The notes beneath the pieces were generated by a model, which was not told where the DNA came from, did no database searches, and saw nothing but the letters and a program-made list of their open reading frames with translations. From assembly GCA_039589315.1 (NCBI GenBank), contig JBDHHQ010000014.1, positions 1 through 64,000 on the forward strand: a stretch of 64,000 nt of DNA, written 5' to 3'. Shown here piece after piece: positions 47,272 through 57,831 of this stretch. A program made the translations under genes and the position numbers. Numbering within the stretch: position 1 is the first letter of the stretch; every line of letters starts with the position of its first letter. Origin of the DNA: Gemmatimonadota bacterium (GTDB taxonomy: Bacteria > Gemmatimonadota > Gemmatimonadetes > Longimicrobiales > Gaopeijiaceae).

Positions 47272-48270
47272 CTAGACCAGGGCCTTGAGGATCGAGGGGT
47301 CCAAGTTGCCGCCGCTGAGGACGGCCGCATTCCGCTCGCCCGGCTCGACGCGCCCACTGCGCAAGGCCGCCACGGTGGCGGCCCCGGAATACTCCACGAC
47401 GAGCTTGATCTCCGTGATGAGCATGCGGGCCGCGTCCCGGATCGCCTGGTCCGTGACAGTGACCACTTCGTCCACGAGCTCCCGGACGTGGAGGAAGGTC
47501 AGCGCACCGGCCTGTACGGGCGCCAGGCCATCGGCGATGGTGTCGATCCGGTCGAGCGGCACCAGGCCCCCCGCCTCCAAGGCGGCCTTCATGGAAGCCG
47601 CCCCCTCCGGCTCCACCCCCACGATCCGGACACCTGGGAGCAGTCCCCGGAGGGCGGCGGCGCCGCCGCTGATCAATCCACCGCCGCCGATGGGGAACAA
47701 CACCGTGTCCACGTCCGGCCACGCGTCGGCGATCTCCAAGCCGGCCGTGCCCTGACCGGCGATGATGCGCGGGTGGTCGAATGGTGGGACCATGGCCAGG
47801 CCACGCTCCGCCGCGATCTCCTCCGCCCGTGCCTGCCGCTCGAGCGAGGTTGTCCCCTCGAGCACGACCTCGGCGCCCAATCGGGCCGCGCCCGCCTGTT
47901 TTACGGCCGGGGCCGTCGTGGGCATGACGACTACGGCGTCCACGTCGTGGAGGCGCGCCGCCAGCGCCATGGCCTGAGCATGGTTGCCGGACGAATAGGT
48001 GATGACCCCGCGCTCGATCTCGTCCGGCGGGAGCTGGGCTACGTAGTTATACGCGCCGCGGGCCTTGAAGGAGCCCGTGCGCTGGAGGTTCTCGCACTTG
48101 AGGCGAACCTCGGCCCCGAGCTCGTCTGACAGCAGGGGCGCCGGCAACAACGGGGTTTCCACCACGACGCCCCGGAGCCGGTCGGCCGCGTGCCGTACGG
48201 CCGCGAGGTCGACCAGCTCGGACGCGGCGCGCTGGCCGTTCAGGGTCACACCCATTCGTTCGCCCATCAC
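47272..48270 (-). CDS. Threonine/serine dehydratase (catabolic type, no ACT domain)
   Basis: [36 protein letters not shown]. Confidence 0.92.
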   Translation of the reverse strand: MMGERMGVTLNGQRAASELVDLAAVRHAADRLRGVVVETPLLPAPLLSDELGAEVRLKCENLQRTGSFKARGAYNYVAQLPPDEIERGVITYSSGNHAQAMALAARLHDVDAVVVMPTTAPAVKQAGAARLGAEVVLEGTTSLERQARAEEIAAERGLAMVPPFDHPRIIAGQGTAGLEIADAWPDVDTVLFPIGGGGLISGGAAALRGLLPGVRIVGVEPEGAASMKAALEAGGLVPLDRIDTIADGLAPVQAGALTFLHVRELVDEVVTVTDQAIRDAARMLITEIKLVVEYSGAATVAALRSGRVEPGERNAAVLSGGNLDPSILKALV

Positions 48271-50774
48271 TCGGCCTCGGCGTCGCCTGCCGTTGCCTCG
48301 GCCGCTTCGCTGGAAACAGCCGGGCCTTCCTGGGAGCCGTCCTCTTCGTCTGGGATTACCCTGGCCACGTCCATCACGACGTCGCCTTCGTCGAGGTTCA
48401 TGAGCTTGACCCCCTGGGTAGCCCGCCCGATGACCCGGACCTCGTCGATGCGCTGCCGGTTGATCACCCCCTTCCGGGTGATCAGCATGACTTCATCCGA
48501 GTCCAGCACACCTTTGATTGAGATGACCTTCCCGGTCTTCTCCGACGTCTTGAGGTTGATCACGCCCTTCCCACCGCGCTTCTGCAAGCGGTAGGCGTCG
48601 ATGTCGCTGCGCTTGCCCATGCCATTCTCGGCAACGACCAGAAGGGTGGCACCCTCCGTGCGGGTGACCACCATTCCCACCACCCGGTCGTCTTCGGAGA
48701 GGTGGATCCCCCGTACGCCTCCGGTGGCCCGGCCCATGGACCGCGCGTCCTGCTCGTTGAAGCGGATGGCCTTGCCGTTCCGGGTGGCCAGTACCACCTC
48801 GTTGTCCCCATCCGTGATCTGCACGTCGATGAGTTCGTCGCCCTCACGGATGTTGATCGCGTTGAGGCTCACCGAGCGCATATTGCCGTACGCGGACAGG
48901 GCCGTCTTCTTCACCACGCCGTTTCGTGTGCAGAAGAAAAGGGACTGGTCGTCCCGGAACTCGCGAACCGGTACGACGGCCGCGATCTGCTCGTCCTCCG
49001 ACACGTTGAGCAGGTTGACGATGGGCTTGCCTCGCGAGCTGCGGCCTGCTTGTGGGATCTGCCAGACCTTCAGCCAGCGGCATTGGCCGTCCCGGGTGAA
49101 GATCATGATGACGTCGTGGGTGGACGCGACGAACAGGTGCTCGACCCAATCCTCTTCCTTGGTCCCCATCCCCTGAAGACCCCGGCCGCCGCGGCGCTGG
49201 GATCGGTAGGTGTCCACGCCGATTCGCTTGATGTAGCCCTGATGAGAGACTGTGAGGACCATGTCCTCTTCGACGATCAAGTCCTCGATGTTGAAGGTCG
49301 ACAGGTCCCCGACGATCTCGGATCGACGGTCATCCCCAAACTTCCTGGCCACCTCCTGGAGCTCCTCCACGATGATGTCGAAGCGCTTCTCCCGGCTGCC
49401 CAGAATCTCCTGAAGCTCGGCAATGGCGGCGCGGATCTCTTCGAGCTCGGCATCGAGCTTGGCCATCTCGAGACCGGTGAGGCGCCCGAGGCGCATCTGC
49501 AGAATCGCGTCGGCCTGCAGCTCGCTCAGCTCGAACCGCTGGCGCAGGCGAAGCGACGCCTCGTCGGTGTCTTGCGAGCTCCGGATGATGGCCACGACCT
49601 CGTCGATGTTGTCGACGGCGATCTTGAGGCCCTCCAGGATGTGCTCCCGGGCCTGGGCCTTGCCCAGGTCGAACTCGCTCCGCTTCACCACCACCTCGTG
49701 TCGGTGGTCGATGAAGCGCTGGAGCATCTGCCTCAGGGTGAGGACCCGGGGCACCCCGCCCACCAGCGCCAGCAGGATGGTGCCGAAGGTGGACTGCATC
49801 TGGGTGTGCTTGTACAGACGGTTCAGCACGACCTCGGGCACGGCGTCCCGCTTCAGCTCGATCACGACGCGGAGACCGTCACGGTCCGATTCGTCCCGCA
49901 TGTCGCGGATGCTGGTCAGCTTCTTGTCCCGCACGAGCTGGGCAATCTGCTCTATGAGGCGGGACTTGTTGACCATGAACGGGATCTCGTGGACGATGAT
50001 CCGCTCCGTGTCTTCGTCCACCGACTCGATCTCGGCCTTGGCCCGCATGATGACCCGGCCCCGGCCCGTCCGGTACGCCTCCTCGATTCCTTCCCGGCCG
50101 CATATGTAGCCGCCCGTGGGGAAGTCAGGACCCGGCACCAGCGCCTCGAGCTCCTCCTGGGGCAGGTTGGGATCCCGGATCAACGCAACGGCCGCGGCGA
50201 CGACCTCGCGCAGGTTGTGGGGCGGGATGTTGGTGGCCATGCCAACGGCAATGCCAGAGCTGCCGTTGATGAGGAGGTTGGGGATCTTGGAGGGGAGGAC
50301 CGTGGGCTCGTTGAGGCGGCCGTCGAAGTTCGGAATGAAGCCGACGGTCGCTTTGTCGATGTCCTCGAGGAGCTCGCCGGCCACCGCCATGAGGCGGGCC
50401 TCGGTGTACCGGTAGGCAGCGGCCGAGTCCCCGTCGATGGACCCGAAGTTTCCCTGACCGTCCACCAGTGGATACCTCAGCGAGAAGTCCTGCGCCATCC
50501 GGACGAGAGAGTCGTAGACGGCAGAGTCCCCATGGGGGTGGTACTTGCCGAGCACGTCACCCACCACGGTGGCGCTCTTCTTGTACGGCCGGCTGGGACC
50601 CAGGCCCAGCTCGTTCATCGCATACAGGATGCGCCTGTGCACGGGCTTCAGGCCGTCCCGGACATCGGGCAGGGCACGTTGCACGATGACGCTCATCGAG
50701 TAGTCGATGAACGACTCCCGCATCTCGTCCTCGAGGAGACGCGAGACGACCTTCTCTCCAGTGGGACTATCCAT
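48267..50774 (-). CDS. gyrA: DNA gyrase subunit A
   Basis: [24 protein letters not shown] catalytic Tyr, GyrA-box QRRGGRG, C-terminal pinwheel repeats. Confidence 0.98.
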   Translation of the reverse strand: MDSPTGEKVVSRLLEDEMRESFIDYSMSVIVQRALPDVRDGLKPVHRRILYAMNELGLGPSRPYKKSATVVGDVLGKYHPHGDSAVYDSLVRMAQDFSLRYPLVDGQGNFGSIDGDSAAAYRYTEARLMAVAGELLEDIDKATVGFIPNFDGRLNEPTVLPSKIPNLLINGSSGIAVGMATNIPPHNLREVVAAAVALIRDPNLPQEELEALVPGPDFPTGGYICGREGIEEAYRTGRGRVIMRAKAEIESVDEDTERIIVHEIPFMVNKSRLIEQIAQLVRDKKLTSIRDMRDESDRDGLRVVIELKRDAVPEVVLNRLYKHTQMQSTFGTILLALVGGVPRVLTLRQMLQRFIDHRHEVVVKRSEFDLGKAQAREHILEGLKIAVDNIDEVVAIIRSSQDTDEASLRLRQRFELSELQADAILQMRLGRLTGLEMAKLDAELEEIRAAIAELQEILGSREKRFDIIVEELQEVARKFGDDRRSEIVGDLSTFNIEDLIVEEDMVLTVSHQGYIKRIGVDTYRSQRRGGRGLQGMGTKEEDWVEHLFVASTHDVIMIFTRDGQCRWLKVWQIPQAGRSSRGKPIVNLLNVSEDEQIAAVVPVREFRDDQSLFFCTRNGVVKKTALSAYGNMRSVSLNAINIREGDELIDVQITDGDNEVVLATRNGKAIRFNEQDARSMGRATGGVRGIHLSEDDRVVGMVVTRTEGATLLVVAENGMGKRSDIDAYRLQKRGGKGVINLKTSEKTGKVISIKGVLDSDEVMLITRKGVINRQRIDEVRVIGRATQGVKLMNLDEGDVVMDVARVIPDEEDGSQEGPAVSSEAAEATAGDAEAE

Positions 50775-50976
50775 CGGCTATCGAATCCGCGTTTCTCGAC
50801 CGGCGGCGCGCGTCGTCGTCGGTTCGGTTATGAGACTCGGCTCCCGCACACACGACGCGCCGGGCCTCGCCCCGAGGCGAAGTCCGGCGACGTCCAGTGC
50901 GGTTCGTCGTTCCTGCTTCGGTCGTTCGCAGCAACTGCTCCCGTTACGGCGTGCCCGCTGATCCAACCCCCGGCTG

Positions 50977-51333
50977 TCAGTTGGCCTCGGTCTCCGCGGG
51001 CCAGTAGATCGCCCGGGCCCGGCCAATGAGACCTTCCTCGGTGTCGGTGACGGCCGACAGGTCCTGAGGTGCCGAGATGCCCTCGAGGATGATGGCGTCG
51101 GCACCCAGCTCCGCGGCTTCGGTGCGCAGCATCTGGATCATGTCCTCGGTGGACGTGCCGATGGGCGCTCGGACGGTCACCGGGCCGATCACCTTGAATC
51201 CCTCGTCGGCCGCCTGCCCCATGGCCGGGTTGATGACCGCTACTTCCTCCGGACCGGCCTTGGGGGGAAGGCTCACTCCGGCGCAAGCCCCGAGCGTGAA
51301 TGCGGCGAACAAGGCGATCAGCATGACCTTCAT
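50977..51333 (-). CDS. Small lipoprotein, YbjQ/dodecin-like fold
   Basis: LGAC lipobox; FKVIGPV, EAAELGADAII, GRAIYW-like end; GGAGG RBS. Confidence 0.75.
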   Translation of the reverse strand: MKVMLIALFAAFTLGACAGVSLPPKAGPEEVAVINPAMGQAADEGFKVIGPVTVRAPIGTSTEDMIQMLRTEAAELGADAIILEGISAPQDLSAVTDTEEGLIGRARAIYWPAETEAN

Positions 51334-51427
51334 CGTACTGCCTCCATAGGATGGGTCCGGGTGGTACAATCGCCTCGGGGACGGGTGGTCGATTCCGCCC
51401 CCGATCCAACGGTTCCGCAATTCTGTA

Positions 51428-51440
51428 TAAGTCGTTGAAA
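51428..51440 (-). promoter_or_regulatory. IHF-like binding site in an AT-rich patch
   Basis: Minus strand TTTCAACGACTTA versus WATCAANNNNTTR (one mismatch). Confidence 0.4.
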
Positions 51441-51486
51441 AATAAGGGTTGTTGCCTATCTCAGCAAGCGACCGAGCGAGCCTGGA

Positions 51487-52515
51487 TCAGGCCACCGCGA
51501 TCGCCTCGCCCGGCTCCTCCAGTCCCATCTCCGCCAGGGCCTCCCGCACCTCCGTTCGGGCTCCGGCTCGACCGACCGCAATCAACACGGGGTGGCCTGC
51601 GAATCGGGACACGGCGGAGGGCGGCACGACGGGAGCACCGTGGATCTCCTGACCTAGTTTTCGGGGGTCCAGGTCGACCCAAGCCGCCACCCCGCAGCCG
51701 GCTTCCATGAGCTCCCGTCCGAAGGCCTTGCCGGTGGGTCCGGCGCCCCAGATCACGACGCTGCGTGCTTCCTTCAGACGCGTTCGCATCAGGTAGTGGA
51801 CCTTGCACCGACGGAAGGCCTCCGGGGCGTACACCGGATCCGTCCTGGAATGGCGTCCCGGGCCTTCACGCCAGCCGTGCAGCGTTTCTGGCACGACGCC
51901 CAGCCTGTATCCCCTGGACCACAGCCGCAGCAACAGGTCGTAGTCCTCGGGCCACCCCCGGTCCACGTAGCCCCCGACCTCGTCCACGGCGGCGGCACGC
52001 ATGAAGAAGGTGGGATGGCCGAGCGGGCACTCGACGAAGAGGTCCCGCTCGAGGTCCGATGGTCCTTGCATGCTGTTGAGCCACGCCTGGTACCGGAGGG
52101 CGCCGTCCCGGACCAGCTCGGCTGGGAAGTAGCGGACGTGCGTCCCGCACAGGGCCACGCCCGGGTCGGCCTCCATGAGATCCGCCTGCCGCGTGAGCCG
52201 ACTCGCGGCGGCCACGTCGTCCGCGTCCATCCGGGCCAGATACCGTCCTCGGGCGGTGGCCCGGCCGGCCTCGAGCGCGGCTACCAACCCGAGAGGCTCC
52301 TGACGCAGCACGCGGACCCGGGCGTCGCGAGCCGACCAGTCAGCCAACGCGTCGGGCGTGTCGTCGGTGGAGCCGTCGTCCACCGCGATGACCTCGAAGT
52401 CGGCGTAGGTCTGGGCGGACAGCGATGCGGCGGCCTCGACCAGGTGCGGCATTCCATCCCGCACCGGCAGGAGCACCGAGACCGGCGGTGCCCGGCGCGA
52501 ATCGCTAGCGCTCAG
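51487..52515 (-). CDS. GT2 glycosyltransferase with C-terminal Rossmann-like domain
   Basis: VSVLLPVRD, VDDGSTD, RMDADD, PEDYDL, IWGAG; start probably CTG 52515 (GTG 52476 cuts the first strand). Confidence 0.88.
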   Translation of the reverse strand: MSASDSRRAPPVSVLLPVRDGMPHLVEAAASLSAQTYADFEVIAVDDGSTDDTPDALADWSARDARVRVLRQEPLGLVAALEAGRATARGRYLARMDADDVAAASRLTRQADLMEADPGVALCGTHVRYFPAELVRDGALRYQAWLNSMQGPSDLERDLFVECPLGHPTFFMRAAAVDEVGGYVDRGWPEDYDLLLRLWSRGYRLGVVPETLHGWREGPGRHSRTDPVYAPEAFRRCKVHYLMRTRLKEARSVVIWGAGPTGKAFGRELMEAGCGVAAWVDLDPRKLGQEIHGAPVVPPSAVSRFAGHPVLIAVGRAGARTEVREALAEMGLEEPGEAIAVA

Positions 52516-54595
52516 GGGACCCCTCGGTCACGTCGGTGAGCAGCGTCACCACGGGCTGGCCCACTACCTCGATCTTGACCGTGTACCGGGGCCTTTCGGC
52601 CCGTACGTAGACACGCTGACGCTGGCCGCCACCGTCTACCTCGACCTGGTAGGTGTCGAAGACGCCGGCAGGCACGGTGACCTCTCGCCTTCCTTGCATC
52701 TTCAAGGTCCAATCGGCGACGGAGCCGTCCGGCTGGACGACTGGAATGACGATCTCGTCCGCTGCTTCCAGATCCGCGACCCAAAGCGCCAACTCGGTCA
52801 TCTCGCCCAGCACCGCACCGGCCACCGCAGTACCCTCCACCGGCTGTTGGCCGCCGGGCCCGCGGAAGAACCCGGTAACCTGGCCCGCTTCCAACTCGAG
52901 AGCGCTCACCATCTCTCGACCCTGCATCCTCAGCCGGTCCTCGGAGCGCACCGCCTCGAACGTGGCGGCTCGGAACGTCACCTCCCGGTGGACCTCCCGG
53001 GGGCCGATGCTCGCTTCGCTGACCATCGTCATGGTCCCCGGCTGGTCGCCGGGTGTCAGGCGGCGCCTCAGCTCGCCCACGGGCCAGTCCTGCGCCTGGA
53101 CGTCGTACGTCCACGAACCGGGCCCGAGCAGGGATCCGTCCAGCGCAAACTCCCTGGCCCGGGGGCGCAGGTCGTCCAGGGCCACCTGGACTCCCTGATC
53201 GGTCTCCACCGTCACCGGACCGAAGCGAGCCAGCCGGTCGTGGAGGTGCAGCGCGTCACCCGCCACCACGATGATCATGCGGTCCGGCTGCAGCTGCACC
53301 TCGACCGCGGCTCGCACGTCATCCGGCGTGAGCGCCGCGATGCGCTCCCTGTAGGTCTCGAGGGCGTCCCGCTCCAGGCCCAGCAGGAGGTAGGTGGTCA
53401 CCTGGTTGGCGATCTGCTGGGGCGTCTCGATGCTGAGGGGGAAGGACCCGGCCAAGTACAAAAGGACGGCCTCGAGCTCGTCGGGGGCGGGAGCTTCGCT
53501 GCGCAGACGTTCCACCTCCGCGACCAGCGCCGCCACCGCCGCGTCCACGACCTCGGCGGCGACTTCGGCCCGGGCCTGGAAGTACCCGGCGTCCGTCCGG
53601 CGAATCACCCCCGATGACGCGCCGGGAGCGATGCCACTCTCGCCCCCTACCCCGGTGCCGAGCCGGGACGACATACCCTCACCCAGCAACCGGTTGGCGA
53701 CCCGCAGCGCCGTCCAGTCGGGATCGTCCCCGCGCGTCACCGCCTGTCCGACCCGCACGACAGCGTCGCGAGCGCCGGCCACGTGCACGAGGACCACCTC
53801 CGGCGCGGACCGCTGCGGGAGGCCGTGGTACGTCGGCAGGCTGACGGGCGCGGCCTCCCAGTCTCCGAAGTGACCGTCCAACGCTGCCGCCGCCGCGTCC
53901 GCGCTCACGTCTCCGGCGACCACGAAGACCGCGTTGTTGGGGCGGTAGTAGTCCCGGTGGTACCGCGTCACGGCCTGCACGTCGATCCGGCCGAGGGACT
54001 CGGCCGTCTGGATCTTCCCGTAGGGGTGCTCGCCGTACAGCGCGCGGGTGAATGCCCGAGAAGCCAGGAAGGTGGGCGCTCGCTCCTGGATGGTAAGCGC
54101 CGACCGGGCCCGAGCCACCTGGCGGGCCAGGTCGTCGGCCGGAAACGCCGGACGGATCACCACGTCGGCCATGATGGCCAGAGCCGCGTCCAGGTTCTCC
54201 GTCACGGAGCTCAGCGAGACAGTCGTGTAGTCCGGCCCTGCGCTGGCGCCCAACTGGGCACCGAGGAAGTCGAGATCCTCCGCCACCTGGCTTGCCGGCT
54301 GACCCTCGACGCCCTTGGTCAGGAGCTCCGCGGTCATGGCGGCCAGGCCCGCCTGGCGTGGGGGATCGGCGGCGGTGCCCCCGCGGATCACGAGGTTGAC
54401 CGTGACGTGAGGCTGCTCGTGGTGGCTCACCACCAGCAGTTCGGCCCCGTTCGAGAGCTCCCGGAGCTGGAACTCGGGGAACGGGATGTCGGGCGCCGTC
54501 GCCGGTACAGGTGGTGATTGGCCGGCACCGGCGGCGGGCGCGAGACAGAAAGCCGCGGCCAGGGCTGCCCCCTGCGCCCTACCCGATACGATCAC
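52505..54595 (-). CDS. Secreted M16 peptidase-like protein (non-catalytic) with C-terminal DUF3108-like domain
   Basis: LSNG, GLAAMTAELL, HPYG, YRPNNA..VAGD; tail with VTVPAGVFDTYQV. Confidence 0.85.
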   Translation of the reverse strand: MIVSGRAQGAALAAAFCLAPAAGAGQSPPVPATAPDIPFPEFQLRELSNGAELLVVSHHEQPHVTVNLVIRGGTAADPPRQAGLAAMTAELLTKGVEGQPASQVAEDLDFLGAQLGASAGPDYTTVSLSSVTENLDAALAIMADVVIRPAFPADDLARQVARARSALTIQERAPTFLASRAFTRALYGEHPYGKIQTAESLGRIDVQAVTRYHRDYYRPNNAVFVVAGDVSADAAAAALDGHFGDWEAAPVSLPTYHGLPQRSAPEVVLVHVAGARDAVVRVGQAVTRGDDPDWTALRVANRLLGEGMSSRLGTGVGGESGIAPGASSGVIRRTDAGYFQARAEVAAEVVDAAVAALVAEVERLRSEAPAPDELEAVLLYLAGSFPLSIETPQQIANQVTTYLLLGLERDALETYRERIAALTPDDVRAAVEVQLQPDRMIIVVAGDALHLHDRLARFGPVTVETDQGVQVALDDLRPRAREFALDGSLLGPGSWTYDVQAQDWPVGELRRRLTPGDQPGTMTMVSEASIGPREVHREVTFRAATFEAVRSEDRLRMQGREMVSALELEAGQVTGFFRGPGGQQPVEGTAVAGAVLGEMTELALWVADLEAADEIVIPVVQPDGSVADWTLKMQGRREVTVPAGVFDTYQVEVDGGGQRQRVYVRAERPRYTVKIEVVGQPVVTLLTDVTEGSPER

Positions 54596-55977
54596 GGCGC
54601 CCCCTCTCCAGCTCCCCGGGCAGCCGGCCGGCCCACGATCACCGTCCGGTTGTCCCGGGCCAGGTGTTTTCGGGCGGTCCGCACGATATCCTCGGCGCTC
54701 ACGGCCTCGAACCGCTGTAGCTCCTCGTTCACGGCGAAGGCGTCTCCATACAGGTGGTGGAACTTGAGCAGGACGTCGGCCTTGCCCTTTACAGAAAGCC
54801 GGCTGCCAACCTCCGCCGCCCTTACCTGGTTCCGGGCCTTTTCGACCTCTCGGTCCGTGACGCCCTCGGTCCGCAGCCGGTCGATCTCCTGATCCAGAAG
54901 ACGCTCGATCCGGTCCAGTTCGACGCCCGGGTTGGGAAGGCTGCCGAAAAGAAACAACCCAGCGGCCCTTCGCGTGTTCAGGCCGCTGAACACCACCGGC
55001 GCCACCTGTCTCTCGACCACGAGTCGGCGGTGCAGGCGGCTGCTCTCCCCCGTGCTCAGGATCCGGGACAGGAGCGTCAGGGGGTAGACGTCCGGGTGAG
55101 AAGCGCCCGGGATGTTGTAGGCCATGTAGATGACCGGCACCTGGGCCATCGGATCTTCCACCGTCGACCGCCGTTCGCCGTCGCTCCGCGGCGTGTCGGG
55201 CGCCGGCGGCCGATCAGCGTGGGGAGCAACGGACGGGATGGACCCGAGGTACTCCTGCGTCAGAGCGCGGACCTGGGCGCCGGTCACGTCGCCGACCACG
55301 GCTAGAACGGCATTGCCGGGGACGAAGAACCGGTCCAGGAAGGCCTGAACCCGATCTGTCGACAGATCCTCCAGCTCGCCTGGGCGCCCCATGGCTGGGT
55401 GGCGATAGGGCTCGTAGTCGGTGGCCAGGCTGTCGAGGGCCATCTGGACGCCGCCGAATGGCTGGCCCTGCTGGCGCGCACGGCGCTCCCGGGTGAGCCG
55501 TTCCCGATGGCGGTCAAGGCCGTTGCCGGTCAGCACCACCCCCGCCAGGCGCTCCGAATGGAGCCAAAGCGCCAGTTCGACCCGATGTGAGGGCACGACC
55601 TCCCAGAATCCGGTGACATCGTGAGTCGTGAACGCCCCGGCCGCGCCCCCGGCCTCGGCCACGAGGCGCGCCTGCTCTCCCTCGGCGAGGTTGGCGGTCT
55701 CCGCTCTGGCCAGCAGTTGCGCGAGCTGGGTGAGCCCCGATTGGCCCGGCGGGTCGTCGGCGCTCCCCACCTCGAACCACATCTCGGTCGCGACCACCGG
55801 TACCGAGTGGTCCTCACTGACGATCACGAGGAGGCCGTTGGAGAGAGAAAAGGTGTCGATCGGGAGAGGCGGGAGGCCCGATGCCTGGGCAGCCCCGCTC
55901 GAAGGCGCCGCGAGCAGGGCCAACAGCAGACCGCCGGCCAAACGCTGCCCCAGCCACGCCTCCCGGATTCGTCTCAT
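54592..55977 (-). CDS. Secreted M16 peptidase-like protein with degenerate zinc motif
   Basis: LSNGL.VI..EDHS.PVV, VGSADDPPG.SGLTQLAQLL (HxxEH replaced by QLAQL), PY.HP.MG, SSRLHRRLV. Confidence 0.85.
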   Translation of the reverse strand: MRRIREAWLGQRLAGGLLLALLAAPSSGAAQASGLPPLPIDTFSLSNGLLVIVSEDHSVPVVATEMWFEVGSADDPPGQSGLTQLAQLLARAETANLAEGEQARLVAEAGGAAGAFTTHDVTGFWEVVPSHRVELALWLHSERLAGVVLTGNGLDRHRERLTRERRARQQGQPFGGVQMALDSLATDYEPYRHPAMGRPGELEDLSTDRVQAFLDRFFVPGNAVLAVVGDVTGAQVRALTQEYLGSIPSVAPHADRPPAPDTPRSDGERRSTVEDPMAQVPVIYMAYNIPGASHPDVYPLTLLSRILSTGESSRLHRRLVVERQVAPVVFSGLNTRRAAGLFLFGSLPNPGVELDRIERLLDQEIDRLRTEGVTDREVEKARNQVRAAEVGSRLSVKGKADVLLKFHHLYGDAFAVNEELQRFEAVSAEDIVRTARKHLARDNRTVIVGRPAARGAGEGAP

Positions 55978-56295
55978 GCGCTTCCGCCCTTCTGCATCGC
56001 GAAAGGTGCGGCCGCGCGACCCCGCACCGAGTCCAGACAAGTCCTACTCGGGACCGAGGGCACGGGTCCCGAGGGGTAGCCCCGGCACCGCTCCAGCTGC
56101 CCCGGCCCGGCGCGCCGGGCCTTGGAGCCCCCTCACTGCCCCGGTACCCCATCGTCCCGGCCTCGGCGGCTGGCGGTCACGTCGACGTCCGCGTACCTCT
56201 TGGTCATCCTGTGACCCGGCGGGCGGCCCCTGCGGATCTTGCAGCGTCTGCGGAAGCGCCATCACTTTCTCGCCCAACCCCGGAGTCCTTTGGTC

Positions 56296-57750
56296 ATGCA
56301 GACCAACCTGCCCCTCCACAGTGTCTTCCGGAGAGCCCTTACCGGACTCGCCCCGCTGCTCGCGATGCCGCTGGCCGCCTGCGGTCAATCGGAGGGCCGC
56401 ACCGTCGACCTCGTGCCTTGCGAGGTCCCCCCCGCCGACACGCAAGCGCTCTGCGGCACGCTCGCGGTGCCCGAGGACCGGCCGTCCGGCGAGGGCCGGA
56501 CCATCGATCTTTCGATCGTCGTCCTGCCCGCGACCGGCGAGGCGACGGATCCCGACCCGGTCTTTCCGCTCCACGGGGGACCCGGCGCCGCCGCTCGCTA
56601 CCTCGTGCCCCTCTTCGCCTCTCACCCCCTCCGGGATTCCCGTGACTTCGTCTTCGTCGATCAGCGCGGGACCGGCACCTCCAATGGCTTGCACTGCGAG
56701 CCGGCCGAGCTACCCGAGCTCATGGAGGTCGTCCTGACGTTTTCCGTGTCGGCCGAGGACTGTCGCGCGAACGAGGCGGACCCTCGCCTCTACGTCACGT
56801 CCATCGCCGTGGAAGACCTGGACGACGTGCGAGCGGCGTTGGCGTACGAGCGGATCAACCTGTGGGGCGGATCGTACGGGAGCCGAGCCGCGTTGGAGTA
56901 CATGCGCCGCCACCCGGAGCGCGTACGAACGGCGCTGCTGGACGGACTCGCACCCATGGACATGTACGTGCCACTCTACTTCCCTCCCGGCGCGGAGGCC
57001 GCTCTGGCGTTGGCGCTGGAGGACTGCGCGGAGGATGACGCGTGCCGCCTGCGCTTCCCCGATCCCCGGGGTGCCCTGGACGAGGCCCTGGGCCGGTTGG
57101 AGGCGAACCCCGCTCTGGTGACCATAGAAGATCCTCGGACCGGCGAGCCGGTGGAGCTGGTCTTCGGCCGTGAGCACCTGGCCGGTGCCGTGCTCTATGC
57201 CCTCTACAACAGCCAGAGCACCGCACGGTTGCCGTCGTGGATCCACGACGCGAATCACGGGGAGCTTACCGGCATCGCGAGCTTCGCGGCAGCGTTCTCG
57301 GTGGGGATCGGCCGTCAGTTCGCGTTCGGGATGACGCTAGCCGTCGCGTGCTCCGAAGACGCGGCTCGCTACACGCTGAAGGACGCTGAGCGAGTGGCGG
57401 AGGGCACCTTCCTGGGATCCACGCTGGCGCGCAATTTCCTCGAGGCCTGTGACCGCTGGCCCACCGGAAGGGTGGACCCCGAGTACTGGGCGTACGTGGA
57501 GTCGGACGTGCCCACGCTGGTCTTCTCCGGGCAGGGCGACCCCGTGACCCCGCCGAGTTGGGCCGAACGCGCCGTCGAGCACCTGGAGGAGGCGCGCCAC
57601 GTGATCTTCCCAGATAACGGACACGGTGCCACCGGGACGCCGTGTGGTAGGGAGCTCTTCGAGGACTTCGTCCGCCGGGGCAGCGCCGAGGCGGTGGAGG
57701 CCGCCTGCGCGAGCGAAAACCCTCGACCGGCGTGGGGCGGGACGGGCTGA
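56296..57750 (+). CDS. Alpha/beta hydrolase lipoprotein, TAP-like peptidase
   Basis: LAAC lipobox, GGPG, DQRGTG, GGSYG, DPVTP, GHG. Confidence 0.9.
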   Translation: MQTNLPLHSVFRRALTGLAPLLAMPLAACGQSEGRTVDLVPCEVPPADTQALCGTLAVPEDRPSGEGRTIDLSIVVLPATGEATDPDPVFPLHGGPGAAARYLVPLFASHPLRDSRDFVFVDQRGTGTSNGLHCEPAELPELMEVVLTFSVSAEDCRANEADPRLYVTSIAVEDLDDVRAALAYERINLWGGSYGSRAALEYMRRHPERVRTALLDGLAPMDMYVPLYFPPGAEAALALALEDCAEDDACRLRFPDPRGALDEALGRLEANPALVTIEDPRTGEPVELVFGREHLAGAVLYALYNSQSTARLPSWIHDANHGELTGIASFAAAFSVGIGRQFAFGMTLAVACSEDAARYTLKDAERVAEGTFLGSTLARNFLEACDRWPTGRVDPEYWAYVESDVPTLVFSGQGDPVTPPSWAERAVEHLEEARHVIFPDNGHGATGTPCGRELFEDFVRRGSAEAVEAACASENPRPAWGGTG

Positions 57751-57831
57751 GTCAGCTCGGCACCGGCCCGACGCGTCCTCGGTCGCGCCGGCCGGGATCC
57801 GGCCTGGAGCAGCGGCTGGAGCGACTCGCGT

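Noticed and set aside
48702..51029. 775-aa ORF antisense to gyrA
   Set aside because: Typical antisense open frame of a conserved high-GC gene; no independent motifs
51421..51450. dif/Xer site
   Set aside because: Lacks the paired 11-6-11 XerC/XerD arm structure; fits IHF better
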